A stretch of 64,000 nt of DNA, from NCBI GenBank assembly GCA_002269645.1, contig NIVC01001304.1, positions 186,001 through 250,000 on the forward strand, written 5' to 3'. Positions 1 through 10,749 of the stretch are shown in pieces. The notes below the pieces were generated by a model. That model was given only the letters and a program-made list of their open reading frames with translations. It did not search any database and was not told where the DNA came from. How positions within the stretch are numbered: position 1 is the first letter of the stretch; each line of letters opens with the position of its first letter. Made by a program: the position numbers and the translations under genes. The DNA is from Macrostomum lignano. Lineage: Eukaryota.

Positions 1-3000
1 ACCTGCGAGCCGCCATCGTCCGCGGAGTGGAGTGCAACGCCAGCATGGCCTCTGTCAGCGCCCTGCGGACAATCGAGGGCAAGCTGGTGCGGGTGCAGCT
101 CCAGCGGAGCTCCGACGGCAGCGCCAGCCTCCTGATCGATGGAAATCGTTTGGTTGAAGACGCCGACCAGCTGGCGTCCAACGGAGTGCTGCATCTGGTG
201 CGGACCACCGAGTCCCTGACTGGCTTTGGTGAGTGCGTGTTCACCAGTTAGGAAGCCGTGGCTTGACTGACAGTTGTACCGGCTGCAGGACAGTTCATGC
301 ATTCATGAGTTTTACTCTAGGTACACGGGTACAAGTGGGGTGGATAGGCTGTTCATGACCAAACGATAGAAATTGAGACGAAAACTGACCATGGCTACGA
401 TTTCTTACTACGCTGGTGCAACCAACCGAAGGGAATCGGACGAACTGCCTTGCACTTCAGCCAAAACGACAAAACGATCCAGGTGACGAAATTCTTCGAA
501 CGAATTTTCTGAATACCCGTTGGAATTGCTTGCTTGGTCTCTGACTACTCGAGACCTTGTTAATGACTATACCTCGACCTTTAACCCTTGCTGAGATGCC
601 ACCGCGATTCCCGATCGCCCGCAGCCAACGAGGCCACGAGAAGGCTGAAGGCCGCCGCAGAGTTCCGGCCGCTGTTCGCCCGGCCGAACCGAACCGAGGC
701 CGACTTGGTGCTGCTGCTGCCGCCGATCAACGGCAGCTACTCCTATGAGAACACCTCGGCCAGGTGGGCCAACGCCACTGAACTGGCGGGCTTTGGCCGA
801 CGGCATCTGCTAACCAACGCCACCTGCCTGCGAGGTGCGAGCAGCCGCCTCACCATGCTGGACGGCGCGCGGCGGGACTTCGTCCAGATGCTTCAGCGCA
901 CCGGGGCGTCTATTTTTTCGCCTGGGCGCCTCGTAAGGCGTCGGTTTGTTGACTGCGTGCAGGTGACCCGGATCGCCAAGGACTGCGGAGGCACCGTCTA
1001 CTTTCTCTTGAGAGGGGTGAGCTGGGGGGCTTCCACAACTTCATGCCTTTTCAATAATGCAATTCTAGCAGTCAGGACAGCCGGTCAGCTCACAGAATTC
1101 ACAGAAGACAGAATTCTTTGGTTAAAACCGCAGTGATTTCCCAAATTAGAAAAGTTCGGAGTCAGCATACTTCAGCCTCGAAGGAGAGATGCAGCAACTC
1201 AGCACTGAAGTCTTATTTTTCTTTGAAATTGGTTACAGTGCAGTTGGTTACAGTGCAGTTGGTTACAGTGCAGTTGGTTACAGTGCAGTTGGTTACAGTG
1301 CAGTTGGTTACAGTGCAGTTGGTTACAGTGCAGTTGGTTACAGTGCAGTTGGTTACAGTGCAGTTGGTTACAGTGCAGTTGGTTACAGTGCAGTTGGTTA
1401 CAGTGCAGTTGGTTACAGTGCAGTTGTTTACAGTGCAGTTGGTTACAGTGCAGTTGGTTACAGTGCAGTTGGTTACAGTGCAGTTGGTTACAGTGCAGTT
1501 GGTTACAGTGCAGTTGGTTACAGTGCAGTTGGTTACAGTGCAGTTGGTTACAGTGCAGTTGGTTACAGTGCAGTTGGTTACAGTGCAGTTGGTTACAGTG
1601 CAGTTGGTTACAGTGCAGTTGGTTACAGTGCAGTTGGTTACAGTGCAGTTGGTTACAGTGCAGTTGGTTACAGTGCAGTTGGTTACAGTGCAGTTGGTTA
1701 CAGTGCAGTTGGTTACAGTGCAGTTGGTTACAGTGCAGTTGGTTACAGTGCAGTTGGTTACAGTGCAGTTGGTTACAGTGCAGTTGGTTACAGTGCAGTT
1801 GGTTACAGTGCAGTTGGTTACAGTGCAGTTGGTTACAGTGCAGTTGGTTACAGTGCAGTTGGTTACAGTGCAGTTGGTTACAGTGCAGTTGGTTACAGTG
1901 CAGTTGGTTACAGTGCAGTTGGTTACAGTGCAGTTGGTTACAGTGTAGTTGGTTACAGTGTAGTTGGTTACAGTGCAGTTGGTTACAGTGCAGTTGGTTA
2001 CAGTGCAGTTGGTTACAGTGCAGTTGGTTACAGTGCAGTTGGTTACAGTGCAGTTGGTTACAGTGCAGTTGGTTACAGTGCAGTTGGTTACAGTGCAGTT
2101 GGTTACAGTGCAGTTGGTTACAGTGCAGTTGGTTACAGTGCAGTTGGTTACAGTGCAGTTGGTTACAGTGCAGTTGGTTACAGTGCAGTTGGTTACAGTG
2201 CAGTTGGTTACAGTGCAGTTGGTTACAGTGCAGTTGGTTACAGTGCAGTTGGTTACAGTGCAGTTGGTTACAGTGCAGTTGGTTACAGTGCAGTTGGTTA
2301 CAGTGCAGTTGGTTACAGTGCAGTTGGTTACAGTGCAGTTGGTTACAGTGCAGTTGGTTACAGTGCAGTTGGTTACAGTGTTACACCATCCCGAAAAAAT
2401 GCAGGAGTTGCCAAATTTCAACTCGTCGTCTACAGCCATGGACTATCTGGACGCCAGGGACTCCTACAGCATGACCAAGACCATCCTGAGCTTCGGCCTT
2501 CGCAACAACATCAGCGGTCTGGATGCTACCTTCCGCCGTCAGGATGCGTCCATCCTGCTGGTGAGCGACACCGACATGGTGAAGCTGAGCGGCCGGCTGC
2601 TGCTGCGCAGGAGGCGGCCAACTCGGGAGCAAATGACCGAGCTGGCGCAGTGGTTCACGCGGTACTTTGTGGCTGGTGAGTTGCCTTGCCTGGTCGCTTG
2701 AGTTCTGCATGGCCTCTTGGCATCACTCTCTGCATGGGATCTTGGCATCACTCTCTGCATGGTGTCTTGGCATCACTCTCTGCATGGGATCTTGGCATCA
2801 CTCTCTGCATGGTGTCTTGGCATCACTCTCTGCATGGGATCTTGGCATCACTCTCTGCATGGGATCTTGGCATCACTCTCTGCATGGTGTCTTGGCATCA
2901 CTCTCTGCATGGGATCTTGGCATCACTCTCTGCATGGGATCTTGGCATCACTCTCTGCATGGGATCTTGGCATCACTCTCTGCATGGTGTCTTGGCATCA

Positions 3001-3435
3001 CTCTCTGCATGGGATCTTGGCATCACTCTCTGCATGGGATCTTGGCATCACTCTCTGCATGGGATCTTGGCATCACTCTCTGCATGGTCTCTTGGCATCA
3101 CTCTCTGCATGGGATCTTGGCATCACTCTCTGCATGGTCTCTTGGCATCACTCTCTGCATGTTGTCTTGGCCTCTCACGGTGCTCATGAGCTCTTGAGCG
3201 GGCAGCTTCAAGCTCCGACCCGAACGGCCTTTCAGCCCGATCTGTGTGCTCGGCAAAGCAGTTGGTCCCCAGCCTCCGGGTGCCTGAGTTTCGCGTCGAC
3301 CTACGACCGTGCAGGTCCGTCGTGTGCGCCATGCGCCGACGGATGTACCGAAGGACGAAGCTGGTGCAGCTGCAGCCAGGCAGTCACGTGACCATCAAGG
3401 AGGGCTTTCTGTTGCCGGGCAGAGTGGCGCGCTAG
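1..3435 (+). CDS. Multi-FAS1 (fasciclin/periostin/TGFBI-like) protein, 3' part; exons <1-228, 625-1016, 2405-2675, 3206-3435
   Basis: Exon 1 ends in a FAS1 H2-like motif (EDADQLASNGVLHLV). Later exons carry divergent FAS1-like segments (LVLLLPP...RRHLL...LTMLDG...RIAKDCGGTVYFL; ILLVSD; GSHVTIKEGFLLPG). Donors (GTGAGT 229, GTGAGC 1017, GTGAGT 2676) and CAG acceptors (624, 2404, 3205) are phase-compatible (1,0,1). Stop at 3433-3435. The last acceptor context is weak. Confidence 0.7.
1231..2380. repeat. 15-bp minisatellite (GGTTACAGTGCAGTT), ~77 copies, intronic
   Basis: Near-perfect tandem array between exons 2 and 3 of the FAS1 gene; only a few variant units seen (~1426, ~1946, ~1961). Confidence 0.98.
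2716..3172. repeat. 25-bp minisatellite (CTTGGCATCACTCTCTGCATGGGAT), ~18 copies, intronic
   Basis: Tandem units with GGGAT/GGTGT/GGTCT variants inside the last FAS1 intron. Confidence 0.95.
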
Positions 3436-4047
3436 AGGGATTTGAGGACGCCTCACTGACATCCTATGAGTACATCTGTGTGTGGAAACCCGTTGTGCTG
3501 GTGGAACAGAATCAACTGTTCGCTCAACTTCAACTGCTGCTTTTAGCGGCTTGATTTCAGCAAAATTGATTGCTTGCAGTTACTCAGCTTTCTAATGAAC
3601 TCTGATTCCTTCCATCACGCACAATTATTATTTATTAGCTTAGAAAAATAAACTTTTGCCAACAAAACTTTCAAAGTTAATCCGCGTGACTCATTGTACA
3701 TTTCTAGCATTCAGGACCACAGGGGTCTGACGCAGAGAGAATTTATGAGCATTCTGGGTATGGGTATATTCATGGTCAACACGGCAAATCAATTGACTAA
3801 CAAAGAAGCACTCGAAGTGATTTTGCCCTACAAAACTCAAATTAAGAACCGCTTTAAGTTGGGCATCATTGAAATTGTCAGCTGCATTTTCAGTTAAACG
3901 TATGGGCGGTCCGTAGAAACAGGACCCATTGATCTGTAGACTGCGACTGTCTCCGCCAGCGCATCTCCGTGAAACTCGACTGCACGGCAGAAACTTTTTT
4001 CAACATCTTCTGCTGCAGTTTCGTCACCTTCTGCTAAGATTCTGCTA

Positions 4048-4623
4048 GGATTGCTAATCTACCGACTGGATTGCTAATCTACCGACTGGATTGCTAATCT
4101 ACCGACTGGATTGCTAATCTACCGACTGGATTGCTAATCTACCGACTGGATTGCTAATCTACCGACTGGATTGCTAAACTACCGACTGGATTGCTAATCT
4201 ACCGACTGGATTGCTAATCTACCGACTGGATTGCTAATCTACCGACTGGATTGCTAATCTACCGACTGGATTGCTAATCTACCGACTGGATTGCTAATCT
4301 ATTGGCTGGATTGCTAATCTACCGACTGGATTGCTAATGTACCGACTGGATTGCTAATCTACCGACTGGATTGCTAATCTAGTGACTGGATTGCTAATCT
4401 ATTGACTGGATTGCTAATCTACCGACTAGATTGCTAATCTAGTGACTGGATTGCTAATCTACTGACTGGATTGCTAATCTACTGACTGGATTGCTAATGT
4501 ACCGACTGGATTGCTAATCTACTGACTGGATTGCTAATCTATCGACTGGATTGCTAATCTACTGACTGGATTGCTAATCTACTGACTGGATTGCTAATCT
4601 ACCGACTGGATTGCTAATCTACC
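4048..4623. repeat. 20-bp minisatellite (GGATTGCTAATCTACCGACT), ~29 copies
   Basis: Tandem array between the convergent 3' ends of the FAS1 and CUB-LDLa genes; same unit as 6228-7794. Confidence 0.97.
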
Positions 4624-4765
4624 AATTATCTGTCTTTTTTAGTGTGCACTTCAATTTCAAGGATTTGCGTGTGCATTTAGGATGATGGAGACAGTCCCAG
4701 TTTTAGAAAACAAACCGTCCGTCTCTTCAAAAAACATTCTCACTGTCGGCCCCTGACTGTTGCTC

Positions 4766-5064
4766 TCAAGCAGCTGGCTTGGCATCGAGTGAGAGCGCGG
4801 TCTTGCCGACCACGGTCAGTACGGGGCCTCGCAGCTGCACCGGTCTGGGAGGTGCCGCTTCGCTCAGCCCTGATGAGCTCGGAGCCCGCGGCTTTGCATT
4901 GTTGAGCAGCCGGGCGCCAGCAGCTGACTCGGCCTCCACTTTGCTGCCGGGCGGCCGGGCTCCGTAGGCCGCCTGCAGCTGCCTCAGCTTGGCCAGGTGC
5001 TGCACCTGTAGGACCCGGTGCCTCTCCATCAGCTGCTCCATGTGCTTGGCTTGGGCCTCCATGC
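4766..5064 (-). CDS. Probable alternative terminal exon of the CUB-LDLa-TM gene (G|MEAQAKHMEQLMERHRVLQVQHLAKLRQLQAAY...)
   Basis: GC-rich open frame preceded by CTGCAG| (phase 1) at 5065. Phase-compatible only with a GC donor (CCGG|GCACGT) at 6006. Heptad-like Q/L/E-rich helix. Confidence 0.5.
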
Positions 5065-5989
5065 CTGCAGCAGGTGTCGCGGTGCAAATATCAGGCAGCT
5101 CTCCCTGAGTAGCTTGATATACTCCATGCAGCTCAAATGTTTGACTTATCCCAACTGCAGGACAGGCTCAGGCTGTGTACTCAAAGATAAGCTGAGAAGA
5201 AAGGCTGCCTTTTCTCCATGGGACAGCAGGTTGGGAAGCAGGGAGCTGTGCTCAAAGCCAGGGGCAGAGACACAAGAAAATGTCAAGCGTTGTTGAGCAG
5301 AACAAGGCTGAGCCTGTGCGCTGTGCGAGGTGAAATGAAGACAATTCTTTTGTGACTTTGGGATTTTTAGCAATTCTTTGTCTCTTCGTCTTCCAGTTGT
5401 CTGCTCGCTCCCCCCCCGGTAATCAGTTGTGTTGCCATGGCAACAGAGTTCCTAGCAATCACGGCTGTAACTCTGGGCTTAAAAAATTCTAAGTCTCAGG
5501 TAGGTCCCCGACTCGAATCTCGGCTGTGCAATCATATTTTCGATAATAAAAAATGCCAGGTGTAGATCAGGCGTTGTGGGAAATTTTCCGATAATTTTCT
5601 GGCATCAAATAAAAGCATAAAAACAGTCAGAATCAGACAGGAAAATCAGAAAATTTTTATAAGTTAACAGAAGTATCAAGGACACAGTGTGGCTAGATAT
5701 TTTCATTTACTTTCGATACATATCGGCTATTTAAATGTGCACAGTGCTTCTAGCAAAACTGCTCCTTAGTAAAATAATATTAATGATGAAAAGAACAAAA
5801 AACGTGCAAATTCTGTGATAATTCAGAGCGAAGTAGAGCCACTAATTATGAAATTACGGAAACAATAAACTAAAGTCTCACATTCAGACACGGATAACAG
5901 ATTCGGGCACAACTTGCCCAGCATACTACTTCCACGTAGAATGTTTCGAGAAAAATCTCATCGCCTGTCTTTTTTCTTATTTCTCTGCT

Positions 5990-8125
5990 TCAGACGGCCG
6001 ACGTGCCCGGCACGGCCAGAGTCGCCGTTTTCGCAGCCGCGGAGGGTGACGGAGCCGCCGCGGACCTGGTCGGCTGTTGCTGCGTTGGCGGCAGGTCGCG
6101 GGGGCTGAGGGTGTTGCCGTAGGAGGCCGCGGACAGCGACAGCTGGTAGGACGAGCGCCGACTGCCGGACACCGAGCCGCTGTGACCGGCATCTGACTCG
6201 GACTCGGTTTCCCTGGCGGGTGCGGGAGATTGCTAATCTAGTGACTGGATTGCTAAACTACCGACTGGATTGCTAATCTAGTGACTGGATTGCTAATCTA
6301 CCGACTGGATTGCTAAACTACCGACTAGATTGCTAATCTAGTGACTGGATTGCTAAACTACCGACTAGATTGCTAATCTAGTGACTGGATTGCTAAACTA
6401 CCGACTGGATTGCTAATCTAGTGACTGGATTGCTAAACTACCGACTGGATTGCTAATCTACCGACTGGATTGCTAATCTACCGACTGGATTGCTAAACTA
6501 CCGACTGGATTGCTAATCTAGTGACTGGATTGCTAAACTACCGACTAGATTGCTAATCTACCGACTGGATTGCTAAACTACCGACTGGATTGCTAATCTA
6601 CCGACTGGATTGCTAATCTACCGACTGGATTGCTAATCTAGTGACTGGATTGCTAATCTAGTGACTGGATTGCTAATCTACCGACTGGATTGCTAATCTA
6701 GTGACTGGATTGCTAATCTACCGACTGGATTGCTAATCTAGTGACTGGATTGCTAATCTAGTGACTGGATTGCTAATCTACCGACTGGATTGCTAATCTA
6801 CTGACTGGATTGCTAATCTACCGACTGGATTGCTAATCTACCGACTGGATTGCTAATCTAGTGACTGGATTGCTAATCTACCGACTGGATTGCTAATCTA
6901 CCGACTGGATTGCTAATCTAGTGACTGGATTGCTAATCTACCGACTGGATTGCTAATCTACCGACTGGATTGCTAATCTACCGACTGGATTGCTAATCTA
7001 TCGACTGGATTGCTAATCTACCGACTGGATTGCTAATCTAGTGACTGGATTGCTAATCTAGTGACTGGATTGCTAATCTACCGACTGGATTGCTAATCTA
7101 GTGACTGGATTGCTAATCTACCGACTGGATTGCTAATCTAGTGACTGGATTGCTAATCTAGTGACTGGATTGCTAATCTAGCGACTGGATTGCTAATCTA
7201 GTGACTGGATTGCTAATCTACCGACTGGATTGCTAATCTACCGACTGGATTGCTAATCTACCGACTGGATTGCTAATCTACCGACTGGATTGCTAATCTA
7301 CCGACTGGATTGCTAATCTAGTGACTGGATTGCTAATCTACTGACTGGATTGCTAATCTACCGACTGGATTGCTAATCTACCGACTGGATTGCTAATCTA
7401 CCGACTGGATTGCTAATCTACCGACTGGATTGCTAATCTACCGACTGGATTGCTAATCTACCGACTGGATTGCTAATCTAGTGACTGGATTGCTAATCTA
7501 CCGACTGGATTGCTAATCTACCGACTGGATTGCTAATCTACCGACTGGATTGCTAATATAGTGACTGGATTGCTAATCTACCGACTGGATTGCTAATCTA
7601 GTGACTGGATTGCTAATCTACCGACTGGATTGCTAATCTACCGACTGGATTGCTAATCTACCAAATGGATTGCTAATCTACCGACTGGATTGCTAATCTA
7701 CCAAATGGATTGCTAATCTACCGACTGGATTGCTAATCTACCGACTGGATTGCTAATCTACCGACTGGATTGCTAATCTACCGACTGGATTGCTTACCAG
7801 CGCAGCGGGTGCCGGTTGGCGCTCATCCTCTCCAGCATGTTTTTGAACTGGTTGCCGGATTTCCTCTGGTCCACTTTGTTCCGCTTGCAGCGCTGCGTGC
7901 AGGCCAGCAGGCAGCGGCTGCTTTCGCCGCGATCAGAACCGAGGCCGCTCGCCCCGCGCTGCATGCACTCCGGGCGCTTGTGCTGCGGCATCTCGTGCAG
8001 GCCGAAGACCACCAGCAGCAGCAGGCCGATGAAGAAGCCCAGACCGACACCCAGGCCCCAGTTGAAGCCGGCGTCTGGAAAGGCGGTGGAAGGTTGCAGA
8101 CAGACAGACAGACAGACAGACACTA

Positions 8126-8175
<50 letters not shown>

Positions 8176-8205
8176 TAAGACAGACAGACAGACAGACAGA
8201 CACTA

Positions 8206-8298
<93 letters not shown>

Positions 8299-10342
8299 GT
8301 CAGACTCACAGTTTAGTGCTGTGAAGGTCCAGCACTTGGTCTCATCGCAGCCGTAGTCGTCGCAGCCGCAGTCATTGAAATTGTCGCACTGGTACCCGGT
8401 GTAAACGCACTGCTTGTTAGGGCAGGTGAGCTCAGTCAGGTGACAGGCTGCATCGGTCCGTGGGAAATCAGTGTGAGAAATTTTATTCTTCATGACTGCA
8501 TAATTGGATTGTTACAGTGTAAAAAAACATTTAACAGTGATGGCCTAGAATGATGCAAACACTTAGCAAACAGTGACACCCTGATTTCACTATCTGATGC
8601 CTGAAGTGACACCTCCGACACCTGAAGCAATACCCCCTGACACCTGAAGCAACACCCCTGACACCTGAAGCAACACCCCTGACACCTGAAGCGACACCCC
8701 TGACACCTGAAGTACCCCTGACACCTGAAGCAACACCCCCTGACACCTGAAGCAACACCCCCTGACACCTGAAGCAACACCCCCTGACACCTGAAGCGAC
8801 ACCCCTGACACCTGAAGCAACACCCCTGACACCTGAAGCAACACCCCTGACACCTGAAGCAACACCCCTGTCACCTGAAGCGACACCCCTGACACCTGAA
8901 GCAACACCCCTGACACCTGAAGCAACACCCCTGACACCTGAAGCAACACCCCTGACACCTGAAGCAACACCCCTGACACCTGAAGCAACACCCCTGACAC
9001 CTGAAGCAACACCCCTGACACCTGAAGCAACACCCCTGACACCTGAAGCAACACCCCTGACACCTGAAGCAACACCCCTGACACCTGAAGCGACACCCCC
9101 TGACACCTGAAGCGACACCCCTGACACCTGAAGCAACACCCCCTGACACCTGAAGCAACACCCCTGAAACCTGAAGCAACACCCCCTGACACCTGAAGCG
9201 ACACTCCTGACACCAGGAATCTGTTTTCTACCCGAGCCTCTCACCTTTCACTGGCGAGTCCGTCCGATTCGCCAGCTCGTTATCAGCGGCGCTGACGGTG
9301 AGCTGGAAGCCGCGGTCCTGCACCTGGTGGTCGCTGCGGAACTGAATCCATAAGTAGCGGTTCAGCGTCACCAGCCAAGTGGCTGTCGAGGCGCTGCACA
9401 GCGAGCCAAGCAGCGGCGCGGTGGCGCTACCCTCGCGCACCTGGACGAAGTCCTTGCAGGTGCCGTTGACGCCGGTCTCCAGCTGCATGAAGCTGACATT
9501 CACCCGCAGCTCGGTGAAGTTGGTGGCTGCGAACAGCCAGATGCAGTTGGTGTTGCGCTCGTAGTTGCTCGGGTAGTTGGGGGACTCCAGGCTGAAGCTG
9601 TCGCCTGCGGCAACGTTGGCCCAGTAGCCGCCGCAGGCTGCCTCGGAGACTGCGGGGATGCGGCGGGGCAGTTGAGCACTGCTGCTCAGGCATGGGCGCT
9701 ACACATTTGTTTCAATATACTAGTATGACTTTGCCAAGAGGCTCATGGGCTGCATATACCTGAACACTCCAATGCTCACATGCTCACGTGATTGAGCACT
9801 CCAATGCTCACCACCATCTGCATATACCTGAGCACTCGAATGCTCAAATGACTGAGCACTCCAACCAATGCTCACCATCTGCATATATCTGAGCACTCGA
9901 ATGCTTACATGACTGAGCACTCCAATGCTCACCATCTGCATATATTTGAGCAGTCCAATGCTCACATGACTGAGCACTCTAATTCTCACCATCTGAATAT
10001 ACCTGAGCACTCCAATTCTCACCATCTGAATATACCTGAGCACTCGAATTCTCACCATCTGGATATACCTGAGCACTCCAATGCTCACCATCTGCATATA
10101 TTTGAGCACTCCAATGCTCACCATCTGCATATATTTGAGCACTCCAATGCTCACATGACTGAGCACTCCAATTCTCACCATCTGAATATACCTGAGCACT
10201 CGAACACACACGGCTCAGCACTCTGACTCAAGTAAACTTATACATGATCTGAGCACTCCCGAGACTCACCCTGGACCGAACAGCTCAGCAGAAGCCATGC
10301 CATCGGCAGCAGCCGCAGCGTCAGGCGCAGTGAAGTCAGCAT
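5990..10342 (-). CDS. Type I membrane protein: signal peptide-CUB-LDLa-TM-cytoplasmic tail (Neto/SOL-2-like but with a single CUB); exons 10342-10270, 9649-9245, 8447-8310, 8074-7798, 6212-5990
   Basis: MLTSLRLTLRLLPMAWLLLSCSVQVSEA signal peptide; CUB (CGGYW...SPNYPSNYERNTNCIW...CKDFVQVREG...C...WIQFRSD...RGFQL); LDLa (CHLTELTCPNKQCVYTGYQCDNFNDCGCDDYGCDE); TM (GLGVGLGFFIGLLLLVVFGL). All four GT-AG introns are phase-consistent (1,1,1,2). Confidence 0.9.
6228..7794. repeat. 20-bp minisatellite (GGATTGCTAATCTACCGACT), ~78 copies, filling almost the whole intron
   Basis: Array runs from within ~15 bp of the acceptor (6213) to the donor GTAAGC (7797) of the minus-strand gene. Confidence 0.98.
8098..8300. 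repeat. (ACAG)n microsatellite, intronic
   Basis: Tetranucleotide array with two CACTAAGATA interruptions between the LDLa and TM exons. Confidence 0.97.
8635..9215. repeat. 21/22-bp minisatellite (TGACACCTGAAGCAACACCCC), intronic
   Basis: Tandem units between the CUB and LDLa exons. Confidence 0.95.
9755..10210. repeat. Degenerate ~33-bp minisatellite (GAGCACTCCAATGCTCACCATCTGCATATACCT), intronic
   Basis: Repeated GAGCACTC core between the signal-peptide and CUB exons. Confidence 0.9.
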
Positions 10343-10749
10343 TGCGGAGTGGCGGTCGAGCTGTAGGTGAGGGCCGAGCACTGCCAGCTACTCAAGAGCC
10401 AAGGCAAAAAACAGACAGACCTGCTCGGCGCGCGACCGAAAGTGCAAGCAAAACGAATGGGGCAGCTACAGATAAAAATGAGTGAGTAGAGAGAGCAGAC
10501 AGCGCAGCGCCTCTTATTGTAACCAGCCAGCCTTGGCGCAGAGCAGAGGTGAGGAGGCGGGGCGCCAGTAGGCGGCAGGCAGACGGAACAATAAAAGCAT
10601 AGAAGCAGAATTCGGTAAGAGAGATGCGGAGAGATGCGGAGCGGCTTAAAAGCCCGCTGGCATTGCAAGAGGGGACAGCCAAGCAGCTGCTGCAGGGGGT
10701 GGATGGGGTTTAGGGTCTGAACTGAACTGAGTTCACGCTCGCAGGACAG

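Noticed and set aside
1118-2679. Long ORFs VTVQL / YSAVG / VTNCT (the last resembles Thr/Cys antifreeze or adhesive repeats)
   Set aside because: All come from a 15-bp array that is homogeneous at synonymous sites and lies in a phase-consistent intron; a stop-free unit opens several frames at once.
5146-5373. Minus-strand 75-aa ORF in the last CUB-gene intron
   Set aside because: No coding-like composition and not needed for a phase-consistent model.
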